DNA of 63,968 bases, filler included, from an uncultured bacterium (GTDB lineage: Bacteria; CAZSTA01), in the NCBI GenBank assembly GCA_964609495.1. It is 3 parts of 3 records of this genome, joined end to end, with 100 filler letters (N's around TTAATTAATTAA, not from the genome) between each part and the next. Parts side by side here need not be neighbours in the genome. Positions count along the whole stretch, not along the records: positions 49,131 to 63,968 come from CAZSTA010000083.1; 2 more parts are not named here. One strand, given 5' to 3'. Shown piece after piece: positions 49,594 through 59,830 of the stretch. The notes below the pieces were generated by a model, which saw nothing but the letters and a program-made list of their open reading frames with translations, searched no databases and was not told the origin of the DNA. Position numbers and translations under genes: made by a program. How positions within the stretch are numbered: position 1 is the stretch's first letter; every line of letters starts with the position of its first letter.

Positions 49594-51144
49594 TTACCAA
49601 TTCATCAATTTGGTGATCCTATTCAACAATACCTCTGCCTCAGCCTGAGGGGTATCGGGCGTTATGGCGAGTTCATCACGCTCAGCATTATACTCGGTCT
49701 TGACGATATAAAAGGTAGCCTCAGAATCGAGAATATCATCCGTATCAAATGCTGATTCACGAGTGATAAGACCTCGAATATGAATCACCTTGCCCGCTCG
49801 GATATGAGAGACAGGAACAAGGCGTCCTTGCATATCCTGGACTGGCTTGGTTAGAACTATCCTAGCCTGAACAACTTTAGGCATAGCATGCGCTGCAAGG
49901 AAGAGCTCCCTAGCTCGCTGTGCCGCGGCAGTGGAGATAACCTTATCGATGATAACTGGATATTCCCTGGTAAGACCATACTCGGAGATAGAGGAGGAAT
50001 ATTCGGAAGCAGTAGTCCGAACTGGTTCTCCTTGAGGATTCAGATAACGAGTATAGACGCGATTGAACATCGTTTCTCCAAGCCGCTCTAATCGCTCGAT
50101 ACGACAATCCTTCAAGCGAGTATAGTAATCCACAGTATCATAATCCTTCTTCGCAAAGTAGGGCTTGCGATCCTCCCATACGTTAAAGAGCCATCGCTTG
50201 GCATCGTAACCATTGTCAAATTGAGAACACCACTCGATAACATCCCCCGGGGTCCAATCCTCATCGAAGGTGGAGGGAACGAGGGAATAACCAGGGGATT
50301 CTATCCCCGACTGATCGCTGGAGATTTGAGAGCATTTCGAGGTTAGGGCATCTTTGATTATGGTATCAGCATAGACATTCCCACTTGTGGAGTAAATAAC
50401 AACATTCGTCAATTCTCCATAGGTTGAACCAGTAGCCGCAGTATAGGGGTCTGCCGCCTGAAATCCTTGCAGACAGAGATAAATACTAGAGCCAGAGTTA
50501 AGATTAAGATCGAGATTACCTGTCCCTGGAGTTTGGGTCCAAAACTTGACATTCCAAGGGGTAGTTACAACACTAAGTTGATATGTTCCCATACCAGTCG
50601 CAACGGTTAGATCGTAGTTGGCAGTTAGACGCTGAGCATATTCGCCTGATGGCATATCATAACGAAATCCTCCATAAGCATATTGGGCGTAGGACTCATT
50701 ATATATTGCCGAGATCCTCAATCGATTCTTCCAATCATACTTCCAGGACTCCTGATACCAATATTGAGGGTAAGACCAGGGTGCAGCAGGTAAATACCAC
50801 TTCTTGAGTCTGCTATCAGCCCAGATACGGTTATAGATTCGGTCATAGAGGTTAGCCCAATAGCCATAAGCTCTTATGCGGAAACTCTCTCCGGTGGGGA
50901 GAGAGACCTTTTCGATCCCCTCCAAGCGACCTTCCCAAATGGTGGTTAAGCCATCCCTTATGGTGATTCTGGAGAAGAGCTTTAGATCCGACCATTGACG
51001 AGAGAGATCACGGTTTATGATGAAGCTACATTCTCCGAAACCTCCGGGGACAAAAGAGGTATAGCGAAGATCTTTCGCCTCCTTTTCGAGATGGGGATTT
51101 AAGAGATCTCCATCGCCACTATAGATTGAGATGCTCAAGGACAT
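49594..51144 (-). CDS. Putative phage tail/baseplate-hub-like protein
   Basis: PGGFGECSF..TIWEGRLE N-terminus; SISEYGLTRE..AAQRARELFL; IRAGKVI; beta-rich central insert. Confidence 0.6.
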   Translation of the reverse strand: MSLSISIYSGDGDLLNPHLEKEAKDLRYTSFVPGGFGECSFIINRDLSRQWSDLKLFSRITIRDGLTTIWEGRLEGIEKVSLPTGESFRIRAYGYWANLYDRIYNRIWADSRLKKWYLPAAPWSYPQYWYQESWKYDWKNRLRISAIYNESYAQYAYGGFRYDMPSGEYAQRLTANYDLTVATGMGTYQLSVVTTPWNVKFWTQTPGTGNLDLNLNSGSSIYLCLQGFQAADPYTAATGSTYGELTNVVIYSTSGNVYADTIIKDALTSKCSQISSDQSGIESPGYSLVPSTFDEDWTPGDVIEWCSQFDNGYDAKRWLFNVWEDRKPYFAKKDYDTVDYYTRLKDCRIERLERLGETMFNRVYTRYLNPQGEPVRTTASEYSSSISEYGLTREYPVIIDKVISTAAAQRARELFLAAHAMPKVVQARIVLTKPVQDMQGRLVPVSHIRAGKVIHIRGLITRESAFDTDDILDSEATFYIVKTEYNAERDELAITPDTPQAEAEVLLNRITKLMNW

Positions 51145-51209
51145 AGAAGTATTCTCCTTTCTTCTTAGGTAAGGTATAATCTTAGATAGCTAGTTCCTTG
51201 AAAAGAGGG

Positions 51210-51238
51210 TTGACATATAATCAACAAATATGTATAAT
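51210..51238 (+). promoter_or_regulatory. Consensus sigma70 promoter
   Basis: TTGACA-17-TATAAT. Confidence 0.8.
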
Positions 51239-51313
51239 AAAGGCTGGTGGTACTTTCCGCACCACAGAGGAAGGAGCGATTCGGTGCGGAAAATTATTAT
51301 AGGAGGTAAAATT

Positions 51314-52582
51314 ATGACTTCACGAGAAAGAGTTAGAAAGGCAATCAATCATGAAGTGTCGGATAAAGTTCCCCTTGACCTCGGCGGAACTGTGGTATCG
51401 AGTATCTCCGCCAGTTCCTACGCCAAGCTGAGAGAAGCTCTAGGACTTCCTGCCAAGCGAGTGCAGATCACGGAGCCCTATCAGATGTTAGGAGAGATCG
51501 AGCCAGAGGTAAGGGAGATCCTCGAGATCGATACCATTGGCTTGCAACTGCCAACAACTATGTTTGGATTCCGAAATGAGAATTGGAAGGAGTGGAAGCT
51601 CTTCGACGGAACCGAGGTCCTGATACCTGGGAAATTTGTTACCACCGCAGATGAGAAAGGGGATCTGCTCTTATATCCCGAGGGAGATACCTCAGCGCCA
51701 CCAAGCGGTAGAATGCCAGAGGGGGGTTACTATTTCGATGTGATCGTTCGACAGCCACCGATAGATGAGGACCACCTTGATCCTAGGGAGTGGGTTAAAG
51801 ATCAATATTTGCCCTACTCAGAGGAGGAGCTGCGTTATCTGGAGGAGAAGGCAAATGAGCTTTTCCACAATACCTCGCTCTCTATCATCGGCAACTTCGG
51901 AGGGGGTGGCTTTGGAGATATAGCTTGGGTGCCTGCTCCAAATGTCAAATATCCCCAAGGAATTCGTGATCCTAAGGAGTGGTATATAGCTCATGTCACT
52001 CATCCAGAGTATATCAGGGGTATCTTCGAGCTCCAGTGCGAGATCTCTATGAAGAACCTTCTGCTTTACCAACAGGCGGTAGGGGACAATATCGATATCG
52101 TATTCATCAGTGGCACGGATTTCGGGATGCAGAACGGACCATTTATTTCGCCCGATATGTATCGAGAGCTATATAAACCTTTTCACAAAAGGATAAATGA
52201 CTGGGTGCATAAGAATACGAACTGGAAGACATTCTTCCACACCTGCGGCTCTATCTCAGCCTTCCTCAATGATTTTGCGGAGGCCGGAGTTGATATCATC
52301 AATCCAGTGCAATGCTCCGCGGCAGAGATGAGTCCAAGTTATCTCAAGGGGAAATATGGAGATAAGTTCGTTTTCTGGGGTGGTGGAGTGGATACTCAGA
52401 AGACTCTCCCGTTTGGCACTCCCCAGGAAGTCAAGCGTGAGGTCCAAAAAAGGATCGAGATATTTGGCAAAGGAGGCGGATTCGTCTTCTCTGCGATTCA
52501 TAATATCCAACGAGGAACGCCCATTGAAAATCTAGTGGCTCTTTTTGAGGCGGTTAAGGAATTTCGCACATTGAGGGGATGA
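51314..52582 (+). CDS. Uroporphyrinogen decarboxylase / MtaA-like methyltransferase family protein
   Basis: MTSRERV..VPLDLGG; HTCG; FWGGGVDTQ; HNIQ. Confidence 0.88.
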   Translation: MTSRERVRKAINHEVSDKVPLDLGGTVVSSISASSYAKLREALGLPAKRVQITEPYQMLGEIEPEVREILEIDTIGLQLPTTMFGFRNENWKEWKLFDGTEVLIPGKFVTTADEKGDLLLYPEGDTSAPPSGRMPEGGYYFDVIVRQPPIDEDHLDPREWVKDQYLPYSEEELRYLEEKANELFHNTSLSIIGNFGGGGFGDIAWVPAPNVKYPQGIRDPKEWYIAHVTHPEYIRGIFELQCEISMKNLLLYQQAVGDNIDIVFISGTDFGMQNGPFISPDMYRELYKPFHKRINDWVHKNTNWKTFFHTCGSISAFLNDFAEAGVDIINPVQCSAAEMSPSYLKGKYGDKFVFWGGGVDTQKTLPFGTPQEVKREVQKRIEIFGKGGGFVFSAIHNIQRGTPIENLVALFEAVKEFRTLRG

Positions 52583-52767
52583 TGGACTTTATCCATCTCC
52601 TCTCTCTACCTTCCAGGGGGTGATTTATCATATCCTTGATTTTACCTGCGTCTCTTGAAGCAGGTGTTGGCAATGCTCTTCTTTTTTGACATACTCAATT
52701 GTCAAGTAAGATAAGCGTGATCGAGTGAATGTTTGCTCGAAGTTTCAATAAGTATAGGAGATAAGAA

Positions 52768-53283
52768 ATGATGAGATATATCAGTTTGATCTTAGCTATT
52801 ATGATAATGGGGGTTGCGATTCCCACCTACGCCGCCTCGAAGGGTGAGATAGCTGAGATCCAGGTGGATATAGCTAGCATAAAGTTGGATATAAATGCCC
52901 TACAAGACGCTATAGAGGATATGAAGAAGGAGTTGGAAAATTTCAGAAAGGATATGTCTTCTCCCATAACATTGGAGAATATGGAAGAGAGAATAACCTC
53001 TTTGGAAGCAAAAATGAAATCCCTAAATGAAAGCTTAGATAAACTGGAAATAGCTGCCTCTGAGAGGCCCGATGCGGAGGAATTAAAAGCCGAGATAAAA
53101 TCGGAGGTTATAGACGAAGTGCGAGGGATGATGAGAGATCTTTTAGTTGCTATTCCTCTTCCCCTTGATAAAGAGGCTCTTAAGGAGGAGATATTAGAGG
53201 AAGTTGACAAAAAGTTAGAGAGATTGAAGATGAAAAAGCAGCAGCCAGAGGGAATTGAGCCAGCTTATGATATAGAGTTTTGA
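52768..53283 (+). CDS. Secreted coiled-coil protein
   Basis: Signal peptide; heptad pattern. Confidence 0.75.
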   Translation: MMRYISLILAIMIMGVAIPTYAASKGEIAEIQVDIASIKLDINALQDAIEDMKKELENFRKDMSSPITLENMEERITSLEAKMKSLNESLDKLEIAASERPDAEELKAEIKSEVIDEVRGMMRDLLVAIPLPLDKEALKEEILEEVDKKLERLKMKKQQPEGIEPAYDIEF

Positions 53284-53303
53284 GATCATGGAGGGGAGGA
53301 GGA

Positions 53304-54161
53304 CTATAACGAAAGGGAGGCTACCCAACCTGACATAAAGATCAGAGCGCTGAAAGCAAGAAGTTTGAAGCTCCTCTGAAGGGTATTAAGACTCATATCT
53401 CGAGAGTAGAGGAGTAAACCGGCGGTGGTGAAGGCAAGACTTAGGATAGCCGTTAATCTGAGCAGGCTGTAGTTGTAGTCGAGCCAGGGATTAAGGAAAA
53501 TGGCGAGCAAGGGAGCTGCTATATAGCAGACTGCACCGAGGATCACGGACTTATTTTTACCGAGGATATGAACTAGCCCTCTCAAATGAAAGGAGATATC
53601 GCTTTCCAGATCGGGAAGGGTGTTAGTGATGTGGATTCCAATAGAGAGTAAGCCGATGATCGGATAAGCCCATAGAAGCTTCCATTCAAATTCCCCTAGA
53701 GCCATTCTAGTCCAGAAGACGAGGAGAGGATAGGCTATCATAAAGGGTAGCCAGCTTAGGATAGTCCTCTTCAACTTGACGTCATAGAGGAAACCCGCGC
53801 CTGTTCCGATGATTCCCAATAGAAGGGAGATCGGTCCGAACTTTATCGCTAGGATGCACATTGTGAAGAAAGATACAATAGCTAAAACCACGACTTCCTT
53901 GGGACTCAACCTTCCCGAGGAGATTGGCTTATTCGGTTTAAACCTATGGTCTAGCTCTCTATCGAAGAAGTCGTTGAGAGAGTTTATCGAGATCTGAGAG
54001 CAACATATCGCGGCTATAATTACCGTTATCTTCGGGAAAGGTGGAAAACCTTTGGCCGCGGATATGGAGAAGAGGTAGGTCAGTAAAGCGATCATAACCA
54101 GCGGGAAGGGATGGCATACCTCGAAATAAGCTTTCCACTTGACGAAGAGCTTGCGTAACAT
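53304..54161 (-). CDS. UbiA-family prenyltransferase
   Basis: NDFFDRELD..KPISSG; YD; NTLPDLESD. Confidence 0.88.
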   Translation of the reverse strand: MLRKLFVKWKAYFEVCHPFPLVMIALLTYLFSISAAKGFPPFPKITVIIAAICCSQISINSLNDFFDRELDHRFKPNKPISSGRLSPKEVVVLAIVSFFTMCILAIKFGPISLLLGIIGTGAGFLYDVKLKRTILSWLPFMIAYPLLVFWTRMALGEFEWKLLWAYPIIGLLSIGIHITNTLPDLESDISFHLRGLVHILGKNKSVILGAVCYIAAPLLAIFLNPWLDYNYSLLRLTAILSLAFTTAGLLLYSRDMSLNTLQRSFKLLAFSALIFMSGWVASLSL

Positions 54162-54244
54162 CGTCCATCAGCTCCCTATTACACGATCGAATTAAGAAGT
54201 TTCTAATTTCCACAATTAGTTGCCGAAGAGAGGAAGAGTTTTCA

Positions 54245-55075
54245 ATGTTCGGAAGAAAAATTCTCCTATTTTTCGCTTTGTTTCTCCTATCTCAAATCAT
54301 CTTATCAAGATCGATTTATGCTGAGGATATCTCCCAGCAGGTCGAGAAGAAAATCTTCAATTTGATAAATTTGGAGAGGAAGAAGCAAGGATTAGAACTG
54401 TATAAGTGGGATAGAAAACTGGATGTCCCTGCTCGTAATCACTCAAAAGATATGTTCAAAAGAAACTTCTTCGCTCACGAAAATCCAGATGGATTAAACC
54501 CTATTGATAGGCAACGGAGGGATTATCCAGAGCTTATCGGAGGAGTGGGGGAGAATATCCACTGCATAGAGACCACTTCCGAGGAGGAAGCTAAGAATGT
54601 CGCTTCGATAGCGAAGCAGGTGGTCAAGGATTGGATGAATTCTCCCGGCCATCGAGCGAATAACCTCTCTAAGAAATATACTCATCTAGGAGTAGGTGTC
54701 TATATCGGGAAGAAGGGAGATCGGTGGAAAATCTATACCTCAGTGGTCTTTGCGGACGAATATGGAGTATTCGATGATCTTGGCAAGTTGAAGCCTTTCA
54801 AACTAGCGATTAAGAATGGCAGCGAATTCACCCTGAAGGGGGAGATATATATCGCTCCTTCCAAGTTCTCGGCTTATATTACTCTCCCCGATCCCAAAGA
54901 GCGCTGTTCGAGCTCAGATGGCAAATATTATGTGGGAGCTTACCCCCCCAAGCTTTATATCAAGGGTAAAAATTTCAAGGTGATGATCGAGCTTAATAAG
55001 GGAAAAGGGACTTATAAACTCTTCTTCGGCAAAGGCAAGGCGTTCTATCTAGCCAAGATCTTCAAAGCCAAGTGA
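54245..55075 (+). CDS. Secreted CAP/SCP-domain protein
   Basis: INLERKK..HSKDM; GENI; WMNSPGHRAN. Confidence 0.9.
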   Translation: MFGRKILLFFALFLLSQIILSRSIYAEDISQQVEKKIFNLINLERKKQGLELYKWDRKLDVPARNHSKDMFKRNFFAHENPDGLNPIDRQRRDYPELIGGVGENIHCIETTSEEEAKNVASIAKQVVKDWMNSPGHRANNLSKKYTHLGVGVYIGKKGDRWKIYTSVVFADEYGVFDDLGKLKPFKLAIKNGSEFTLKGEIYIAPSKFSAYITLPDPKERCSSSDGKYYVGAYPPKLYIKGKNFKVMIELNKGKGTYKLFFGKGKAFYLAKIFKAK

Positions 55076-55642
55076 TCAGCCACTGACGGTTACGATACGG
55101 TAAGCATCCAGAAGTTCGGCTATATCCTTAGGCAATCCCACCTCGAAGCGAACTTCCCCTACCTTTGGATCGAGCATAGCATTTGCGTAGGCGGAGGTCC
55201 TTCTTATATACTCTCGACAGGCTAACTCAACAGCCGCGTTCCAAATATCGTATGGCCGAGAGGAATCATCACAGTAACCCCAATTTCCAGCGATAGCGAT
55301 ATTTCCTTTCCCTCTTTCGAACACCTTACCTACCTCAGTCTTAATAGTAATATATCTCTTGGGAAGAGAATTAAGGGGATAGAGCAGGTATTCATCAGAA
55401 GTAAGGTCTTCACCCTCATTGGAGATGCTTGTTACTGAGAGGAGATCTTCCCCTAAGAAGAGAGTTTTTATTCCCGTCCCATCAAAATATCTACTTTCTG
55501 ATACCGAGGTAAAGTGGCGTCCGGTGTAGCGATCTATGAGATCGCTCGCCGCAGTAATTAACTTAGAGATCAAGTCCTCATCGACTGAACCGAGAAGGTG
55601 TAACCGAGATTTTACCTCGGCCACCGTGCAATAGCTAGACAT
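55076..55642 (-). CDS. Phage head-tail connector (HK97 gp6/SPP1 gp15-like)
   Basis: YCTVAEVKSRL..LITAASDLIDRYTGRHF; WGY; LLDAYR. Confidence 0.8.
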   Translation of the reverse strand: MSSYCTVAEVKSRLHLLGSVDEDLISKLITAASDLIDRYTGRHFTSVSESRYFDGTGIKTLFLGEDLLSVTSISNEGEDLTSDEYLLYPLNSLPKRYITIKTEVGKVFERGKGNIAIAGNWGYCDDSSRPYDIWNAAVELACREYIRRTSAYANAMLDPKVGEVRFEVGLPKDIAELLDAYRIVTVSG

Positions 55643-56048
55643 ATTCGCACTCCTCCTTCACAGCTTCTCCGACTGGGATGGTCTTCAAAGCTAAATAGAC
55701 CTTTAGATCGACGCTTGGTTTTATCTCGGGGACCTCCTCGATATCGATCTCCAGTATATCTCCTTCCCTGAGCATATTAGTCGTCAGGAGAAAGGAATCA
55801 TCATCCACTCGAATATCGCTATCGGTGGGAAGACGTAAGGGATTAGAGGAAAGGAGTAGATTCTCCTCGCCTACTCGTAATTGAATCTTAGTTGCCTTCT
55901 CTCCTTCTCCCAAGCACTCAACGCTTGCCCCTATATCGATGATCCGGCAGTCATAAGGCACCTGCCATCTTCGTTGAGCCTTTCCAACCGATAATCTTCC
56001 TTCCACAGAGAGTCCCACTAGAAATATGTTAGAGTTAGATAAGGACAA
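55635..56048 (-). CDS. Beta-rich phage structural/decoration-like protein
   Basis: Inside the head operon; LREGDILEIDI; AAGGAGG RBS. Confidence 0.55.
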   Translation of the reverse strand: MSLSNSNIFLVGLSVEGRLSVGKAQRRWQVPYDCRIIDIGASVECLGEGEKATKIQLRVGEENLLLSSNPLRLPTDSDIRVDDDSFLLTTNMLREGDILEIDIEEVPEIKPSVDLKVYLALKTIPVGEAVKEECEYV

Positions 56049-56094
56049 TTTGACAACCTCCTTCGGTCGAATTATAGAGGATGAACAGAGCGCC

Positions 56095-56280
56095 CTAAAG
56101 AATGGGTCTGAAGAGAAAAGTAATCCCTGCCAACCTGCTATCCGAGAATTTCCGCCTCCTGGGAAGAGGTCGTAACATTTTATCCTCTCTCTTCTCTATC
56201 TTAGCCGTCCTTTTGAGCTGGTTATTTATCTCTTCCTCCTCAGTTATAATCTGCCAAACTATTATGAATTGGGATTGCAT
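56095..56280 (-). CDS. Small protein downstream of the capsid gene
   Basis: GGAGG RBS; EDKMLRP motif; position in the head operon. Confidence 0.45.
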   Translation of the reverse strand: MQSQFIIVWQIITEEEEINNQLKRTAKIEKREDKMLRPLPRRRKFSDSRLAGITFLFRPIL

Positions 56281-56350
56281 TTATCTCATCCTCCATTTTG
56301 TGGTGCTAAATTGTTACAAGAGATAATTATACGCGATGTGGCGATGTTAC

Positions 56351-56381
56351 TTGCGCGGTCGGATCAAATCCGACCACGCAA
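56351..56381. terminator. Hairpin after the capsid gene
   Basis: TTGCGCGGTCGGA-TCAAA-TCCGACCACGCAA. Confidence 0.55.
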
Positions 56382-56452
56382 TTATCATCAGGAAATGTTA
56401 ATTGGAAGATGGAAATTGGGCGTAATCGCTCAACATTTTCCACTTTCTATTT

Positions 56453-58339
56453 CTAAACAGTAATGTTATACCCTACCGCGCTTACCTCATTATCGAAGTT
56501 GATGTGGGCAAAGCGCAGAGTTCCAACTATCCTATATTGGTCGGTAGCGATTATCCTTTCCGTCTCGATCTTCAGATGGCGTCTCCAGCCTCCCAGCCAG
56601 CCTCGTCTATTCGCGAGGCAGATCTGTCCTTTGGTGTTATTCGCGGGGGTTGCTGAACACTTTCCATCCTCCTCGGTAAGCAACATCTCCTCGGAGACGA
56701 CGATGGGGATTCCAAAGATCTTGCCCAACTCCCCGGTTAAGATCGTGGCTTCTGGCCCGTACCTATCGACTGTCACCACCTCTGCTAGCTCAACTGCCTT
56801 CAAATAAGTAGCGATATCCATAATGAAGGCGAGATCGCTAGGAGTCGCTCCCCAATTTCCCATCAAGCCCCGCAGGATGTTGAAGCCACTCTTGGTCAAG
56901 GTAGCGATATTATCGGCGTCATTTGAAGCATTATCGGTATTCGTAACGAGCGCTAGATGACGAAGCCCATCCATCGCCAAGTAGTTCTTCGTAGAAGCAG
57001 GCTCAGCATCATCGGAGTTGATGTTTCCAGTTGCGGAGGTGGTTGTATCACCGTTTAGGATCACGTTATCTATCCCGTGCAGGGCCGAGGTGATTAACTG
57101 CTGGCGGAGGAAGGGAAGCACGGGAATTATAGAATCCTCATCCATCTCACCTGAATACATCGTATGGATCGCGAACTTCTTCGCCTCGAGCGTCTTATTG
57201 CTGGTTCCAGGGGAATTCTCAGGGAAGTCCGAGGAGTTATATGTAGTGGACTCCGCTACGTAGAACATCTCTGGCAAGGTTGATTCGACGGGAAGCTTAT
57301 AGGGATTGGTGGGCATCTCAAGGAAAGTGAAGAACGAGGCGATCTTTGCCTCCAATCGGATCTTCTCCCAAACTTCAGAGGCGAAGTTAGTGGGGATGAA
57401 TTCAGCTCCTTCTCCCGCGGTCGCCGTGTCGAGAGCTTTGCGAAGCTGTTCGCTGGGCGATCTCCCGCTCGAGGAGAGGATCGCAGTTAGTAGCTCTAAA
57501 TCCCCCAAGCTTTTCAATCCTGCTCTGGCGAATTTAGATCGCACCTCGATTCGCGGCTTTGTAGGGAAGGAGAGCTTCGCATTGATGGGAGTGTTCACTA
57601 TCGTATCCTTGAGCGAGCTCATCTCTTGTCTCAAATCCTGAGCTACCTTCACCTCCTCTTTGATCGATTCCATAGTTTCAGTTAAATTCTCTAAATTACC
57701 TTCTAAGGTCTTAATTCTATCTTCGGTCAATTCGGTATCCTCCTTTTTTGTGAGAATTTTCTTCTCTTTAGTGGGTATAGGTTGTTCATCATCTGAACAA
57801 TCGCTGCCATCCAAAACGCTGAGATCACCTTGAGGAAAGCCATCTTCATCCTCCTCAAGATCGAGGATCTTAACAATGCTGAAGATCGCATCCTGGTTTG
57901 CTGGAACTGTCACGACGGATATCTCCGCCAGATCCCAACGATTGATGTTATTGATGCCCTCGGCATCGACTTCTCCAATGATGTCACTCGTGGTGCAGAT
58001 CGAGAGGGCATTTAGCACCCCTTGTTGGATAAGCGTCCAAACCTCATCGGCAAGCGGTGTTCCCTTGGCGATTCGGGCTTTGATATAGAGACCATCAGGT
58101 AGAATATCGAGTTCAAGAATCCTACCGATGGGCTTATCCAGATCGTGGTTGTATAATAGGATCGGATTACGGAGATAGTTTGCTAATCCCTCTCGAAAAG
58201 CCTCCGGCCAGATGCGGTCTCCAACTCGGTCGATAGCATCTGTCGAGGCATATCCCTCGATGGTCCTATCCTCTTCTTCATCTTCAGATTGATTCATAAT
58301 GGATTTGATCCGAGCGTGCATCGCAAGGTATCTCTTCAT
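56453..58339 (-). CDS. Fused prohead protease (S78) + HK97-fold major capsid protein
   Basis: IEGYAS..DRVGD..LLYNHD..PIG; EISVVTVPAN; coiled-coil scaffold; GAEFIP..; GKIFGIPIVVSE. Confidence 0.92.
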   Translation of the reverse strand: MKRYLAMHARIKSIMNQSEDEEEDRTIEGYASTDAIDRVGDRIWPEAFREGLANYLRNPILLYNHDLDKPIGRILELDILPDGLYIKARIAKGTPLADEVWTLIQQGVLNALSICTTSDIIGEVDAEGINNINRWDLAEISVVTVPANQDAIFSIVKILDLEEDEDGFPQGDLSVLDGSDCSDDEQPIPTKEKKILTKKEDTELTEDRIKTLEGNLENLTETMESIKEEVKVAQDLRQEMSSLKDTIVNTPINAKLSFPTKPRIEVRSKFARAGLKSLGDLELLTAILSSSGRSPSEQLRKALDTATAGEGAEFIPTNFASEVWEKIRLEAKIASFFTFLEMPTNPYKLPVESTLPEMFYVAESTTYNSSDFPENSPGTSNKTLEAKKFAIHTMYSGEMDEDSIIPVLPFLRQQLITSALHGIDNVILNGDTTTSATGNINSDDAEPASTKNYLAMDGLRHLALVTNTDNASNDADNIATLTKSGFNILRGLMGNWGATPSDLAFIMDIATYLKAVELAEVVTVDRYGPEATILTGELGKIFGIPIVVSEEMLLTEEDGKCSATPANNTKGQICLANRRGWLGGWRRHLKIETERIIATDQYRIVGTLRFAHINFDNEVSAVGYNITV

Positions 58340-58356
58340 TAAGATATCACCTCTTT

Positions 58357-59535
58357 CTACTTTCCAATTTCTTTATCTCTTGGGGATAATCCATATCTTC
58401 GAGCTCGAACCTCATCGGGCGTCAGGACGCCATACTTCAGATCGATCTCATCTCGTAGGCGTTGCTCCTCCAAGTTTTGAGGAACTACATCATCGAATTT
58501 CCCTACAAGACGAGCCCCTATCGGGTGAGGATAATCGAACATCGGTAATAGCTCTGCGGTGATCTTCTCCGCAATAGTGGTGAGCTTCGGTTTGATCGTG
58601 TGGGCCATAAAGTTCCGCTCATCGCTCTCTGTGGTCGCTCGATAGCGATTATACAATCCCAAGAGAGAAGCGGGGACGCGAAAGACGGATAGTATCTCAT
58701 CTCTGGAGAACTCTCGCTGGGCTAAGAACTCCGCGTCCTTCGGGGAGATCCCGATCGGTTGATACTCCAGCCCTCGTCCTAAGATCGCTATCTTATGGGA
58801 TCGGGTCACGCCCTTGAAAGATATCTCCCAACGTTTTAAGAGCTCATCAACCTCCTGTTGAGAGAGTCGCTGTTCGGTTTTGAGGAGTCCTGCGGGGCGC
58901 GCGTTATTCGAGAAGAAGGTGCGATTATAGACCTGGGCGTAAAGATCGGTCGAGGTCGCCAAAGCTCCTGCCTCGATCCCTGAGAGGCCATAATACTCAT
59001 CAAGGGGATGCCATCGTTTGAAGCAGATCACCTCCTCAGCTTCGAGGGAGATCGTTTCCTCTTCGACAGTATAGAGATATCCAGCGATGAATTCATCCTT
59101 GGAGGGAACGACCGCTACTCGATGGGGAAAGAGGGGCATAATCTGAATCGGTTCTCCATAGCTATTTTTGATGAGGTACCAGTAAGCTTGCCCTGCTAAC
59201 TCCAGCGATCCGATCGTATGCGCCCATAGCTCGAAGCGGGAGAGCTTCGGATGAGGACGAGTGAGGAGCCTTGTTAAAGGATGATCTGGTAGTTTCTTCA
59301 ATTCATCGCCTTGCTCAGCGAAGACGGAGAAGGGAACAGTTGCACAAGTATCGATAATGAGCGATACACAAGCATATACCCACGATTCTTGCGTATAAGT
59401 GCGGGCGTAGTCATCATATCCTGAAGGTGTTGCTATCTCCTGACCTCCTCTCGTTAGATCGAAATCAGCGAGGATTTGAGTGGAGTTTCTGGGGATTTTG
59501 AAGATCCTGGTGAGGATTTGTTTAAGGAAGGACAT
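58357..59535 (-). CDS. HK97-family portal protein
   Basis: WVYACV; LAGQAYW; YGLSGI; FFSNNARP; FRVPASLLG; TPDEVR. Confidence 0.93.
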   Translation of the reverse strand: MSFLKQILTRIFKIPRNSTQILADFDLTRGGQEIATPSGYDDYARTYTQESWVYACVSLIIDTCATVPFSVFAEQGDELKKLPDHPLTRLLTRPHPKLSRFELWAHTIGSLELAGQAYWYLIKNSYGEPIQIMPLFPHRVAVVPSKDEFIAGYLYTVEEETISLEAEEVICFKRWHPLDEYYGLSGIEAGALATSTDLYAQVYNRTFFSNNARPAGLLKTEQRLSQQEVDELLKRWEISFKGVTRSHKIAILGRGLEYQPIGISPKDAEFLAQREFSRDEILSVFRVPASLLGLYNRYRATTESDERNFMAHTIKPKLTTIAEKITAELLPMFDYPHPIGARLVGKFDDVVPQNLEEQRLRDEIDLKYGVLTPDEVRARRYGLSPRDKEIGK

Positions 59536-59583
59536 CAAGGAACCTCCTGCTATCAACGGATTAAACGGATTCTTGGGATATTT

Positions 59584-59781
59584 TTAGTTTAAAGTGGAGA
59601 TAAGGATGTGTTCGGTAGTCAGTTTAAATATAGACATAATTGCTCTTAGGATGAAACTATAACCGTACTTCTTATCGAACCTAGTTTTGTCTAATTTGAT
59701 CTTGGATGGAGAATCACCATCCTCTGGGATTAACTCAACATCTGGCACTTCATATTCCTGACCTCTGAAGGTTAGCTTCAT
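59584..59781 (-). CDS. Small hypothetical protein (65 aa) between terL and portal
   Basis: GAGGAG RBS before MKLTFRGQEYEV. Confidence 0.5.
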   Translation of the reverse strand: MKLTFRGQEYEVPDVELIPEDGDSPSKIKLDKTRFDKKYGYSFILRAIMSIFKLTTEHILISTLN

Positions 59782-59830
59782 TGGCAGAATCAACTCCTCT
59801 CTTTCGAGATACTTCCTAGAGATACCTAGG

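Noticed and set aside
52686-52705. TTGACA-N8-TGTCAA palindrome as an operator
   Set aside because: Single occurrence, matches neither the Rex nor the LexA consensus, and cannot be assigned
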